Assembly (NCBI GenBank): GCA_947303585.1
Contig: CAMYYT010000002.1
Location: forward strand, 2,326-66,325
Direction of reading: 5' to 3'
From: an uncultured Pseudomonadota bacterium
Lineage (GTDB): Bacteria; Pseudomonadota; Alphaproteobacteria; Rs-D84
Length of the DNA stretch: 64,000 nt
The position numbers were made by a program, and so were the translations under genes. Below, in pieces: positions 18,110-27,910 of the stretch. The stretch's first letter is position 1, and each line of letters starts with the position of its first letter. The notes below the pieces were generated by a model. That model made no database searches, was not told the origin of the DNA, and saw nothing but the letters and a program-made list of their open reading frames with translations.

Positions 18110-19342
18110 ATGCAAAAAAAGAACATAAGAACTTTATCTTTCGGTTGCCGGCTTAATGCTCTGGAATGCGAAAAAATCTCTCGCATGTTGGCAGACGTGG
18201 TTGATTCAGCAATATTGATTAACACTTGTTCTGTCACAGCAGAAGCAGAGCGCCAATGTGCACAAACATTGCGTCGGTTGTCGCGCGAAAACCCAGATGC
18301 GATTATTTTTGTAACTGGTTGTGGCGCCACACGAAACAGGGCTTTGTTTCAATCTGTGTCACGCGCATTGGTTGTTGATAATACTGAAAAAATGAATTTG
18401 TCAGCGTATGTAAACGCGTTAAAAAGCGCGGATTTTGATTTGTCTTGTTCGAAAATAGAAAAATTCAAAGACAGCGAAGATAAACTGTCTAAGAAATTTA
18501 TTCAGGTCCAAAACGGCTGTAATCATGATTGCACATATTGTGTGACACGTCTTTTGCGCGGAAAAAATATATCTTTCCCATACGAAGATGTTTTAGCAGA
18601 CGTACGTGCGGCAGTTCAAAACGGATTTCATGAAATAGTTTTAACAGGTGTAGATACGGCGTCTTACCTGATTCAGCGCGACGGAAAACCGTTTTTATTG
18701 GCTGATTTATGTGAAAATTTGCTGACAGATGTTCCGGAAATAAAGCATTTGCGTCTGTCGTCTGTTGACCCGGCATCACCCGAAGTTCCAAAGATAATCG
18801 CCCTGATGAATCAAAATTCAAGATTTATGCCACATTTGCATCTTTCGATGCAGTCGGGTTCAGATACAATTTTGCGTGCGATGCGCCGCCGTCATGATTC
18901 AAAAAAATTGATGGATTTGGTAAAATTGGCAAATGGTGCGGTTTCTTCTAGTGCAGATATAATCTGTGGCTTTCCTGGCGAAACTGAAGATTTATTCCAA
19001 GAAACATTGCAAATGGTACACGATATGAATTTGATACATGTCCATGCTTTTCCGTATTCTCCGCGTCCAAATACAGTCGCTGCGACAATGCCAAATCAGG
19101 TTCCGCGTAATATTTCAAAACAGCGCGTTCAACAGATTATAGAAATCGCAAATCAAAACCGTGAAAAGTTTATGCAAAAACAAATCGGAAAAACAGTTTC
19201 TGTCTTGGTGGAACAAAATAATATTGGTCGTACCCCAGATGATATAGATATAAAAATAGTCGGCACCCCAATCAAAGAAAAAACAATCTGTGATGTTACA
19301 ATAACAGGCACAGAAAATAATATGTTTATAGGCATGCTTTAA
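18110..19342 (+). CDS. mtaB: Radical-SAM tRNA methylthiotransferase (MiaB-like, MtaB family)
   Basis: N-terminal MTTase domain (TLSFGCRLNALECE), radical SAM CNHDCTYC, C-terminal TRAM-like region. Confidence 0.7.
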   Translation: MQKKNIRTLSFGCRLNALECEKISRMLADVVDSAILINTCSVTAEAERQCAQTLRRLSRENPDAIIFVTGCGATRNRALFQSVSRALVVDNTEKMNLSAYVNALKSADFDLSCSKIEKFKDSEDKLSKKFIQVQNGCNHDCTYCVTRLLRGKNISFPYEDVLADVRAAVQNGFHEIVLTGVDTASYLIQRDGKPFLLADLCENLLTDVPEIKHLRLSSVDPASPEVPKIIALMNQNSRFMPHLHLSMQSGSDTILRAMRRRHDSKKLMDLVKLANGAVSSSADIICGFPGETEDLFQETLQMVHDMNLIHVHAFPYSPRPNTVAATMPNQVPRNISKQRVQQIIEIANQNREKFMQKQIGKTVSVLVEQNNIGRTPDDIDIKIVGTPIKEKTICDVTITGTENNMFIGML

Positions 19343-20298
19343 ACAACTTCGGTAACAGCGCGCAACGTGCCTTCGCGGGATAATTGGACCACACGAATTT
19401 TCTTTTTCATTTCAGCAATTAAATCTGTCCTGTTATACGCAGGCTGTGTATGTAATATACGATCTGCAAACGCAGCATATGCAGCCTCTGCATTTTCTGC
19501 GTGGATAGTAGTATAAAAATGGTCGTGTCCAGTTCCCAACATTTCCCAAAGAACCGCGGCATTATCAGTTGATATTTCCCCACCAATAATCACGTCAGGA
19601 GTCATACGAACCACTAAATCAAGCAATCTTGCATAATTAAAATCATTGTTTTGTTCTGTTCTTGACAACACGAAATGAACACGATTTTTTTGAGGAACAC
19701 GAATTTCACGGGCGTCTTCAACAGTAATCACACGGCTGTTTTGGTCAATCAAAGTCAACATATGATTAAGAAATGTTGTCTTACCAGTTGATGTCGCTCC
19801 GCTTATCAAAATAGGACTGCCGTCGTTAATTGCAGACATTAATCTGTCGTATGGGTCATCAGGTCGTATCGATTCGCGCGGTTTTACTTTTAACAACTTT
19901 TTGCCGTGTTCAAGATGATAATTGCTAAAACTTGTTTCTTTGACACCACCCCCACGAATATTCAATGCAACACCACCAGTTACATCGCGTTCATCATATT
20001 GAACATTTGGTCCCGCTATGGCAGAAAACCTATGGTTGCCAGGCAAGGTAGCATACACCACAGGGATTCCGTGTATTGGGTCAAAAGGTCTTTCATAGAT
20101 GTTAGCCACAGTATATATCAAATCGACCAAATATTGTTTCGATAAAACTTCGCTGTTATAAGAAACCCAAGGAACCTTGCCACCATTAAGACGCATCCAA
20201 ACTTCGCCTTCGTGATTTATCGCAATTTCTTCTACGAACGAAGGCGAATAAAATTCTTCCAATGGTTTTAGTAAAGATTCAAGAACTACATTTGTCAT
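19339..20298 (-). CDS. virB11: Type IV secretion system ATPase VirB11
   Basis: EEIAINHEGEVW N-domain, Walker A ISGATSTGKTT, His-box region. No other vir genes adjacent. Confidence 0.8.
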   Translation of the reverse strand: MTNVVLESLLKPLEEFYSPSFVEEIAINHEGEVWMRLNGGKVPWVSYNSEVLSKQYLVDLIYTVANIYERPFDPIHGIPVVYATLPGNHRFSAIAGPNVQYDERDVTGGVALNIRGGGVKETSFSNYHLEHGKKLLKVKPRESIRPDDPYDRLMSAINDGSPILISGATSTGKTTFLNHMLTLIDQNSRVITVEDAREIRVPQKNRVHFVLSRTEQNNDFNYARLLDLVVRMTPDVIIGGEISTDNAAVLWEMLGTGHDHFYTTIHAENAEAAYAAFADRILHTQPAYNRTDLIAEMKKKIRVVQLSREGTLRAVTEVV

Positions 20299-20380
20299 TA
20301 TTTATAATTTTATCATAAATCGAGTCTTGAATCAAAAAAATTTATTTGCTAGAATGATTTCGAACAAAAGAGAAAAAGAA

Positions 20381-20923
20381 ATGAAAAAATCTATATTTTA
20401 CTTTTTGTGTGCGGGGCTGTTGCTTACCGCGTGCGCTTCAGATAATGGCGGATTTTACGGTGAAAACGGTGACGAAGTTTACACGGAAAGAACCGCTCAA
20501 TATATAACAAACGAAAATGAATATGCTGAAATCGATTCGTATCAACCACGAACAATGGCTGAACGCGAAGCGGCGGCGAAAAAATGGAATACTGCGCGCA
20601 AAGAAACCAGATGGCAAGAATACAAAGGCACGATGATTCGCGTTGAGATACTTCTTGGCGATACAGAGGTTCGTGAAATGCGTCTTCGTTTGATGCAAAA
20701 TGCCGATGGAACGGATATTGATGCAGATGTAAAAACTGTGTTGTCACGCGTCGCTGATTACGAAATGAAACGCGTATGTGGTCGTAATGCTGAAAGTGTG
20801 GTAATCGTTTATGATCAACCATCTTTTGATGTAATGCGTCCAACATCATTCTTTGATTATCGCGTTGAATCCGAAGGCGCGACAATGCGAGAATATGGAT
20901 TTAGATGCGTTTATAATAAATAA
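20381..20923 (+). CDS. Hypothetical lipoprotein
   Basis: Signal peptide with lipobox LLTAC. Divergent from virB11. Confidence 0.55.
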   Translation: MKKSIFYFLCAGLLLTACASDNGGFYGENGDEVYTERTAQYITNENEYAEIDSYQPRTMAEREAAAKKWNTARKETRWQEYKGTMIRVEILLGDTEVREMRLRLMQNADGTDIDADVKTVLSRVADYEMKRVCGRNAESVVIVYDQPSFDVMRPTSFFDYRVESEGATMREYGFRCVYNK

Positions 20924-20952
20924 AACTAACCAAAAAAACAAAGGAGCATAAA

Positions 20953-21273
20953 ATGAAAAAAATTATGGGTATAATGGCATTATGTGGAGCAGTAATGGTT
21001 GCTGGCTGTGACAAGGGTGCAAAAAACGGCGATACAGTTGTTATTGATTTCGCTGGCTTTTTGGGCGAAGAACAATTCGCAGGTGGCACGGCAGCTAATT
21101 ATCCTTTGAAATTGGGTAGCGGTGTTTTCGTTCCGGGATTTGAAGAACAACTGGTTGGTGCGAAAGTTGGTGAAACACGTGAAGTAAAAATCACTTTCCC
21201 AACAGAATACACTCCGGAATTGGCTGGCAAAGATGTAGTATTCAAAGTTACAGTCAAAGAAATCAAAAAATAA
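20953..21273 (+). CDS. FKBP-type peptidyl-prolyl cis-trans isomerase lipoprotein
   Basis: Lipobox VAGC. FKBP core [32 protein letters not shown]. Confidence 0.75.
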   Translation: MKKIMGIMALCGAVMVAGCDKGAKNGDTVVIDFAGFLGEEQFAGGTAANYPLKLGSGVFVPGFEEQLVGAKVGETREVKITFPTEYTPELAGKDVVFKVTVKEIKK

Positions 21274-21290
21274 TAAATGTCATTAAATTT

Positions 21291-21316
21291 AAAACCGCCG
21301 TTTGTGGCGGTTTTTT
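21291..21316. terminator. Bidirectional terminator
   Basis: AAAACCGCCGtttgtGGCGGTTTTTT between convergent FKBP and lpxI genes. Confidence 0.7.
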
Positions 21317-22133
21317 ATATTGCTTTGATAAATATTTTTGCTTTGTTTGCAGCATCTAATACCGCCTTTTTATCAATTACAAAACAAGTTTTTGCATTCA
21401 CGATAATCCCGTGTAATTTTGCAGCAGAAACCGCGCGAACAGTATCAACACCAATCGCTGGAATATCTATGCGTAAATCTTGCCCGGGCTTAGTCATTTT
21501 TGCAAACACCCCACCGCTTTTTCTTTTGCCTTTGCGCATTTCTATCACGCGATCCAACATGCGCGCAGTACCTTCGGCAGCTTCCACCGCAACCACTTGC
21601 TTATCAACAACCACAGACGCACCGATATCTTCAGTTCCGATTGTGTGCGATACGCTTATTGCACGTTCTATGTCGCGCAAATCAGATTTAGATGGTTTAA
21701 CCTTGGTTTGAATACCACTTTTCTCAAAAGTTAATTCTGGTGCCAAATCTTGAGCAGCAACAATTTCATATCCGCGTTTTTCCAACGCCTTGTTAAATGC
21801 AACAGCCATAGAATCATATCCTTTTTGATGTTTTAAAACGCTTAACAATACAGATACAGACCATAAATCAGGTCGTATATCACTTAAATTCACATGCCCC
21901 AAAGCCCCAACAAAGACAAGCTTTGAGATGCCGCGCTTTTTGCATTCGCGTGCAGCGGTTCCCCCAGCCCCCAATCGAATAACCAAGTCTGGATTTAATT
22001 TTGGGTCATAAAAGTTTTTAAGCCCGATAACAAAAACTTCCCATCCGCGTTTACGCAATGCATCGCGCGTCAAAAAAGGCAACGATAATGCGCCTGCAAA
22101 TAAAGCAACTTTTTTTTCTGTATTTTTTTTCAT
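21315..22133 (-). CDS. lpxI: UDP-2,3-diacylglucosamine hydrolase LpxI (DUF1009)
   Basis: MKKNTEKKVALFAGALSLP.. and overall DUF1009 pattern. Start moved to ATG 22133 (273 aa) instead of the far-upstream alternative start. Confidence 0.7.
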   Translation of the reverse strand: MKKNTEKKVALFAGALSLPFLTRDALRKRGWEVFVIGLKNFYDPKLNPDLVIRLGAGGTAARECKKRGISKLVFVGALGHVNLSDIRPDLWSVSVLLSVLKHQKGYDSMAVAFNKALEKRGYEIVAAQDLAPELTFEKSGIQTKVKPSKSDLRDIERAISVSHTIGTEDIGASVVVDKQVVAVEAAEGTARMLDRVIEMRKGKRKSGGVFAKMTKPGQDLRIDIPAIGVDTVRAVSAAKLHGIIVNAKTCFVIDKKAVLDAANKAKIFIKAI

Positions 22134-22195
22134 ATTGTATATAATAGTTTCAAAACAAATTGGAATCAAGACAGAATTTATGTTAATATAAAAAT

Positions 22196-23131
22196 ATGAC
22201 AACAAACAAATGTCCTTTTTTGAATCTTTGCGGCGGATGCAAATATGATTGGAGCGATGCACAATATCGTGAATCTAAATTGGCAGATTTACCAAAACTA
22301 GATTTTACAAACGAACCTGTTTGGGGAACGGGCGGAACGCGTCGGCGCGCAGATTTTGCTTTTGCTGACGGACATTTTGGTTTTTATAAAAAACAAAGTA
22401 AAGACATTGTTGATATTAAGAACTGTCCAAATTTATGCGAAGAAATAAATTCTGTATTACCAAAGATTGCTGGGCTTTCGTGGGTCGGCGCTGGCAGCGT
22501 TTTAATTACAAAATGCGAAAACGGAATAGATGTTGCTGTCAAAGCAGATATTCCGTATTTTAACGCGGTTTTCAAAGAAAGTGTTGAAAAATTACCACCT
22601 CAAATAATTCGTTTTGTTTGGAACGATAAAATTGTTCGAAAATATAACGAACCAGAAATCAAATTCAATGATAAAATAATTAAATACCCGCCTTTTGCAT
22701 TTTTGCAACCCACAATCGAAACAGAACAAATTTTGCGTGATTTGGTTGTAAAATACACAAATGGTGCTAAAAAAGTTGCTGATTTGTTTTGTGGACTTGG
22801 AAATTTTACTTATGCTACAAATGCAACAGGGTTTGATGTGTTTGGCAATGAAATAGAACGCGACTTGTTTAAAAAGCCTTTGACGACACAGAATCTTAAC
22901 CAATACGATGTCGTTATAATGGATCCGCCGCGTGCTGGCGCAGAAAAACAATCAAAAGAAATTGCAAAATCTAATGTTAAGCGCGTAATTTATGTGTCTT
23001 GTAATCCAACTACTTTTGTGCGAGACAAACGGATACTAGAGCGTGGCGGATATAAAATGACTGTCTCAATACCAATAGACCAATTCGTTGGCTCTGCGCA
23101 CTGGGAAATATTTGCTGTGTTTGAAAAATAA
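22196..23131 (+). CDS. Class I SAM-dependent RNA (uracil-5) methyltransferase, RlmD/TrmA family (short form)
   Basis: N-terminal Cys cluster CPFLNLCGGC, C-terminal VIMDPPRAG...YVSCNPTTFVRD motifs. Confidence 0.7.
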   Translation: MTTNKCPFLNLCGGCKYDWSDAQYRESKLADLPKLDFTNEPVWGTGGTRRRADFAFADGHFGFYKKQSKDIVDIKNCPNLCEEINSVLPKIAGLSWVGAGSVLITKCENGIDVAVKADIPYFNAVFKESVEKLPPQIIRFVWNDKIVRKYNEPEIKFNDKIIKYPPFAFLQPTIETEQILRDLVVKYTNGAKKVADLFCGLGNFTYATNATGFDVFGNEIERDLFKKPLTTQNLNQYDVVIMDPPRAGAEKQSKEIAKSNVKRVIYVSCNPTTFVRDKRILERGGYKMTVSIPIDQFVGSAHWEIFAVFEK

Positions 23132-23232
23132 TTTTTATTAGTTTATAAAACAATATTTCCAATAATGATTTTGTATTACGTCTGATAATATTTTGTAAAT
23201 AAAAAACACCGCCGTTGCCGGCGGTATTTTCC

Positions 23233-23357
23233 GGATGCCCTGAAAGGAAGGAAAGGAGAAAAAGAAATGGGCATCCTAAACTGTCGTTTGAGCCCAAAGT
23301 CCAGAGGAGAGAGAATGTAGGAGGGAGTCTGAAAACTCTGGGCTCGATATAGTCAAA
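23233..23357 (+). ncRNA. Structured purine-rich element (two hairpins with GGA-rich loops); candidate small RNA or cis-regulatory RNA
   Basis: Perfect 8-bp stem GGATGCCC/GGGCATCC enclosing a 28-nt loop gaaaggaaggaaaggagaaaaagaaat. Second nested stem CGTTTGAGCCC../..GGGCTC..TCAAACG with GGAGGGAG loop. Lies between a terminator and the next promoter. Confidence 0.3.
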
Positions 23358-23546
23358 CGATTTTCATCCTTTGACGAATCGAAATATAATACACAAAAAA
23401 GCATTTGTCAAGTATTTTGTCAAAAAAATTTTTTTTGTATATTTTTTTGCTTTTTAACCTAGGAAAACAAACTATTCAACAAAATGTGAAAAATAGCGTA
23501 TTATCAAAGCGTTGAATTGGAAAACCAAGTATAGGAGAAAAAGAAA

Positions 23547-23789
23547 ATGACACACGAAGATGTATGGCGCGCAATAGAAAAATTTGCGACAGAACATCAT
23601 ATGTCTTGTTCTGGACTCGCAAAATGCAGCGGTTTAGATCCAACGACTTTCAACAAAAGTAAACGTTGGTCCAAAGAAGGACAACCAAGATGGCCTTCTA
23701 CTAACAGTATTTCTAAAATATTGGCTTCAACAGGGGCATCACTCGAAGATTTTACTAAATTTATCCCTTCTCGTGAAAATAGTTTATAA
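23547..23789 (+). CDS. HTH DNA-binding protein resembling the N-terminal domain of alphaproteobacterial S24-family (CI/LexA-like) repressors, without the peptidase domain
   Basis: ..SGLAKCSGLDPTTFNKSKRWSKEGQPRWPSTNSISKILASTGASLEDF.. RBS AGGAGA. Direct repeats TTGTCAA..TTGTCAA upstream at 23404-23425. Confidence 0.55.
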   Translation: MTHEDVWRAIEKFATEHHMSCSGLAKCSGLDPTTFNKSKRWSKEGQPRWPSTNSISKILASTGASLEDFTKFIPSRENSL

Positions 23790-23799
23790 ATAAATTAAT

Positions 23800-24258
23800 A
23801 TGTTGCACAATATCTGTTTTTCGGGTATTGTGCAACTGATGCTAGAAAATATAAAGATTTATTCTTCTGATAAGTATTGGCAGCATATTTTTGCTGATTT
23901 GGGTGCAATTGTTGTCGATAATCAAAATATGGCAGACGTGGTCTTTGATGATATTGCAACAAATACGCCGGTTTCGGTTGATGATTTAAAAAAGCTGATT
24001 TTTGATTGTTTGGATAACCAAGATATAATCACGAATATTTTTGGTCGGTATATTATTTTACCAAATTTGCAACGCAAGGTCATAGTTTCACTGTATAAAA
24101 ACCCAAATATATCTATGCGAGAATTAAAAGAAAACCTTGGCTTTTTGCCAGACGTAACCACTCACACAGTTGAAAACGCGATTTATCAGTTAAGAAAAAA
24201 TTACGGACACGATTTTATACAAAACGACAACAGAAAATACAAAATTGGACACTTATAA
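23800..24258 (+). CDS. Putative transcriptional regulator with C-terminal OmpR/PhoB-type winged-helix domain
   Basis: LQRKVIVSLYKNPNISMRELKENLG...TTHTVENAIYQLRKNYG fits the trans_reg_C pattern. No receiver domain. Confidence 0.45.
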   Translation: MLHNICFSGIVQLMLENIKIYSSDKYWQHIFADLGAIVVDNQNMADVVFDDIATNTPVSVDDLKKLIFDCLDNQDIITNIFGRYIILPNLQRKVIVSLYKNPNISMRELKENLGFLPDVTTHTVENAIYQLRKNYGHDFIQNDNRKYKIGHL

Positions 24259-24913
24259 ATTATTATCTTTTGATAAAATCTCCAGCACCCAAGATTTGGC
24301 GCATGATTTAATCGCGCATGGAACTGCAACTAATAAAACTGTGGTTATGGCTTTGGCACAAAGTGCGGGGCGCGGCAGATACAGACGAACTTGGGTTTCT
24401 CATCATGGTAATTTATATGCTTCATTTATTTATAAAATATATGAGCGTGACCCAAAATTATCTTATGCTATCGCGGTGGCAATCGCAGAAACTTTGATTT
24501 CTTTTGGGATGGTGCCACAGATTAAATGGCCTAATGATGTATTAATAGACGGAAAAAAAATCAGCGGCGTTTTAATAGAATATTCTCAAAATTTTGTAAT
24601 TGTAGGAATTGGGATAAACATAAAAACTTGTCCGACTGTCAAAGAATACAAAACTACGAAAATACATAAATACAATCAAAATGTCGATACCAAAGATGTG
24701 TTAAATACTCTGATGAAAAAAATAGACAAATGGCGTAATGCAAATTTTTCTGTCGTTCGAGAACGTTGGATGGAACTAGCCGCAGGTCTTAATAAAACGA
24801 TACAATATCATGGTAAACCGGCAGAATTAATAGGTCTTAATGAAGATGGGGCTTTGGTGTTGCGCGAAAATACCAGATATATTTTAACATATGGTGATGA
24901 AATCAGTATTTAA
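24245..24913 (+). CDS. birA: Biotin--[acetyl-CoA-carboxylase] ligase (BirA, group I without HTH)
   Basis: SSTQDLA..ALAQSAGRGRYRRTWVSHHGNLYASF. Likely TTG start overlapping upstream gene. Confidence 0.8.
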   Translation: MDTYKLLSFDKISSTQDLAHDLIAHGTATNKTVVMALAQSAGRGRYRRTWVSHHGNLYASFIYKIYERDPKLSYAIAVAIAETLISFGMVPQIKWPNDVLIDGKKISGVLIEYSQNFVIVGIGINIKTCPTVKEYKTTKIHKYNQNVDTKDVLNTLMKKIDKWRNANFSVVRERWMELAAGLNKTIQYHGKPAELIGLNEDGALVLRENTRYILTYGDEISI

Positions 24914-24975
24914 AAGCGCTTGACTTTGATACGAATTTATGATATTACATAACACATCAAGAATGAAAATTCTGT

Positions 24976-24998
24976 CCGCCATCAAGGGCGGTTTTTTT
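24976..24998 (+). terminator. Rho-independent terminator after birA
   Basis: CCGCCatcaagGGCGG + TTTTTTT. Confidence 0.65.
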
Positions 24999-25065
24999 AT
25001 TCTTGTTTTTTGTTGCCGCGCGAATTGTCGTGCGGTTTTTTTTATTAACTAACACAGGTAAAATC

Positions 25066-25476
25066 ATGCAACTAGTTTTAATAAAAAATCCAGACGATAC
25101 ACAAAACATATCGTATAAATTAGCGCGAATCATATTTGCTGAAACCAAAGGTGTCTCTTTGCAATCTGTCGAAGCGATGGCTGCGATGATACATAATATT
25201 CATATTAAATATGGCAAATCTTTTGAAGACATTGCAACAGATAAAAATATTTTCGACTCTTTAAATCATTTTTCTCCGCGAAAAAAATTTTTATCTGTAG
25301 ATATAAACGACAGAAAATTTCAAATGTGTTTGCGAGTTGTTAAAACTATGTTGCATGGCCATTTGCGTGATTGTGTGTTTGGTGCGACTAAATTTCATCA
25401 CACAGATACGATGCCACAATGGGCAATTGCGCGCGGTTATATTTTTGAATGTGAAGACATACTTTATTATTTATAA
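25066..25476 (+). CDS. Cell wall hydrolase, SleB/Hydrolase_2 family (possible phage-derived endolysin)
   Basis: LARIIFAETKGVSLQSVEAMAAMIHN and C-terminal HHTDTMPQWAIARGYIFECEDILYY. RBS AGGTAA before ATG 25066. Confidence 0.65.
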   Translation: MQLVLIKNPDDTQNISYKLARIIFAETKGVSLQSVEAMAAMIHNIHIKYGKSFEDIATDKNIFDSLNHFSPRKKFLSVDINDRKFQMCLRVVKTMLHGHLRDCVFGATKFHHTDTMPQWAIARGYIFECEDILYYL

Positions 25477-25493
25477 ACAACAAAAGGAAAATT

Positions 25494-25685
25494 ATGAACA
25501 AAATAATCAAAGGCGGTTATTTACAAAATCGAAAAACTTATGTTGTATCAACAGTTGGTATTGTGTCTGCAATTGGTGCGTATCTGGTGGGCGATGCAGA
25601 TATATTCACAATGTTGCAAACTATATTTACATTGGGTGGTATCTATTTTCTTAAACAAGAATCTTCAACCAAAGGAAAAAAATAA
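25494..25685 (+). CDS. Small two-TM membrane protein (holin-like candidate)
   Basis: RBS AAAAGGAAA. Two hydrophobic helices, basic C-terminus. Immediately downstream of the cell wall hydrolase. Confidence 0.4.
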   Translation: MNKIIKGGYLQNRKTYVVSTVGIVSAIGAYLVGDADIFTMLQTIFTLGGIYFLKQESSTKGKK

Positions 25686-26341
25686 TGGAACAAATTCCAG
25701 AAAAATTTCTAGATGACAAAGGCGAATTAAATACATCGGCTTTGGTTAAATCATATTGCGAACTTGAAAAAAAGATGAGTAATATGATTCCTTTGCCAAA
25801 CGATGAAAGCGACGAAGCAACAAAACAAAAATTTAATCATGCAATTGGTGTGCCTGATAATGCAACAGATTATCCAACGAATCCGTTGTTCGAAGACGAA
25901 TCGGTTCGTGAAAAATTTCATGAAATTGGTTTGACTTCAAAACAAGTTGAACAAATTTATGCAATCGCTGAAGAATTTTTACAACCAACATTAAAAAATT
26001 TATTTCAACTACAAAATCAAACAAATGCGACAAATGAATTGAAAAAATTTTTTGGTGATGAAGAAAAAATGAATGATGCATTACGTGAAATAAATTCGTT
26101 TGGTGAAAAATATTTACCAAAAGATGCGTTTGATGAATTATGTGCTACACCCCAGGGAATCCAAGGCATATACAAGATGATGCAATCTCTAGAACCTGAT
26201 GTTTTAACCAATAAAAACACAACAGAAATTTTAAGTGATGATGTTTTGCGTGATATGATGCGTAATCCAAAATATTGGCGAGATCATGATCCAGAATATG
26301 TAAGAAAAATTGAAAATGGTTTTAAAAAATTATACTCATAA
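25685..26341 (+). CDS. Hypothetical acidic protein (possibly phage scaffold-like)
   Basis: ATG overlaps upstream stop (taATGg). No recognisable catalytic motif. Confidence 0.45.
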   Translation: MEQIPEKFLDDKGELNTSALVKSYCELEKKMSNMIPLPNDESDEATKQKFNHAIGVPDNATDYPTNPLFEDESVREKFHEIGLTSKQVEQIYAIAEEFLQPTLKNLFQLQNQTNATNELKKFFGDEEKMNDALREINSFGEKYLPKDAFDELCATPQGIQGIYKMMQSLEPDVLTNKNTTEILSDDVLRDMMRNPKYWRDHDPEYVRKIENGFKKLYS

Positions 26342-26440
26342 TTAATTTTTATTCTTTACTATTTGTTTTCTTTCGTATAAAATATAAAACAAGAACAAAA
26401 AAAATTTTGTTCTATCCGAAAACATAGAAAGGAGAGAATT

Positions 26441-26734
26441 ATGTTCGGCTTAAAGAAAAAATGTGGTTGCACAAAAACAGCTGCTAAACCAGCTGCTGCA
26501 AAAAAACCAGTTGCTAAAAAAGCACCTGCAAAAAAACCAGCTGCGAAAAAAGTAGCTGCAAAAAAACCAGTTGCAAAAAAACCAGCTGCAAAAAAAGTAG
26601 TTGCAAAAAAACCAGCTGCTAAAAAAGTAGTTGCAAAAAAACCAGTTGCTAAAAAAGCACCTGCAAAAAAACCAGTTGCTAAAAAAGCACCTGCAAAAAA
26701 AACAGCTGCTAAAAAAGTAGTAAAGAAAAAATAA
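26441..26734 (+). CDS. Histone H1-like lysine/alanine-rich nucleoid protein
   Basis: 13 or more AKKPAAKK-type repeats. Strong RBS GAAAGGAGAGAA. Terminator follows. Confidence 0.75.
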   Translation: MFGLKKKCGCTKTAAKPAAAKKPVAKKAPAKKPAAKKVAAKKPVAKKPAAKKVVAKKPAAKKVVAKKPVAKKAPAKKPVAKKAPAKKTAAKKVVKKK

Positions 26735-26756
26735 TAAATAATTAATTGATTATTTG

Positions 26757-26788
26757 TCCCCAAAATCAAAGGTTTTGGGGATTTTTTT
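26757..26788 (+). terminator. Rho-independent terminator
   Basis: CCCCAAAAtcaaaggTTTTGGGG + TTTTTTTT. Confidence 0.7.
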
Positions 26789-27110
26789 TATGATAAATTT
26801 TTCAGTTAGATGAATTATCAAGTCTAACTGAATTTTTTATTGGATAATCCATTTTTGTGGACCCGAATTAAGATTTTGTTTTTTTGGCGCATTTATTTTG
26901 CATAACCATTAATCAAAATTAAGGCTTTTATTTTTAACTTAAACAAAAAGGATTTCTTATGTCTATGTCTGTAGACCAAGTGTTTATAAAACAATTTGAA
27001 GCAGATGTCCATTTGGCATATCAACAGTTTAATATATAACAAGATTATTTTTAAAAATAAAAATTTATTTGTGATCGTATTCAAATTTAATTATTTGCGA
27101 AGATTTATAA

Positions 27111-27248
27111 ATGCTAAACGCCTGCGATACCCAACGAATCAATCTGCGAGAAAGATTACGAGAACTAGATTTTATTCTTTCCCCCCATGGTTCTATGATT
27201 TATATAGGAACACCGCACACAAAAGATACTATATATAAAACAAATTAA
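27111..27248 (+). pseudogene. Remnant of the terminase large-subunit ATPase domain (coupling-motif region)
   Basis: 45-codon ORF ..DFILSPHGSMIYIGTPHTKDTIYKTN resembles T4 gp17 ..KIIITTTPNGLNHFYDIW. The matching C-terminal nuclease domain lies at 30529. Confidence 0.35.
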
Positions 27249-27886
27249 TCTTCGGATGTTAAGAACGTTCGCAATTTGTTAAGAACATCTTTGCCTTGTT
27301 CTCCGAACATTGGTAAAAATGTTTCATATTCTGGCATATCTGCTTGAATTTGGGCGCGATTGCGTTCGGTTAATGTTTCCGATAATAATTCTTTTGCGGA
27401 ATACCAAATTTGATAAGCCTTGTCTGCCCTGATAACATCTTGCCATTTTGCAGACAGTTCAGCATCAGAAGTCAATGCTGCCTTTATATCTCTTGCCCAA
27501 TCGTTGCCAAACTTTTGTACAAAAGGTAATTTTTTTATTGCGATCAAACTTTCTTGTGTCGGTTCAAATTTATCCAAAGCTGCTTTTAGTTTGGAAATTT
27601 CGTCAGCGGTCAAAGAGAAAACCACTTCTTGATCAGACATTGTTCCGCCATAAGGCAATAAATCTTTATCAATAGTATTTATTGGGGTTTTGCCAGAACG
27701 TAAATTATTTATATGAGCGACCAATTTCTTTCCCGTAGGAAGATTTTCAAGTTCTGTTATAATCTGTTCGCTGTTGGCTTCTTCCAAAAATACTTTGTTA
27801 ACAGCAGTCCACCCGCCGTCAATTACGTGTTCTTGGCGGTAAAGGTTTAATAACCGTTGTGCTACTATGTGTGCTTGTTGTGGCAT
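27245..27886 (-). CDS. Hypothetical protein
   Basis: 213-aa ORF, first gene of the minus-strand block inserted between terminase fragments. Confidence 0.45.
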   Translation of the reverse strand: MPQQAHIVAQRLLNLYRQEHVIDGGWTAVNKVFLEEANSEQIITELENLPTGKKLVAHINNLRSGKTPINTIDKDLLPYGGTMSDQEVVFSLTADEISKLKAALDKFEPTQESLIAIKKLPFVQKFGNDWARDIKAALTSDAELSAKWQDVIRADKAYQIWYSAKELLSETLTERNRAQIQADMPEYETFLPMFGEQGKDVLNKLRTFLTSED

Positions 27887-27910
27887 GGTTCTCTCTCCTG
27901 CATTTAACGA

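Noticed and set aside
21277-21734. Plus-strand ORFs (144 and 84 aa) antisense to lpxI
   Set aside because: Fully embedded antisense in a well-supported gene. Products proline/serine/threonine-rich without motifs.
26996-27238. 80-aa ORF in the AT-rich region upstream of the inserted block
   Set aside because: Low-complexity product (runs of K/N/F/I) typical of AT-rich noise. A different frame (27111-27248) carries the terminase-like remnant. A 26-codon ORF with RBS at 26959-27039 is noted but too short to call.
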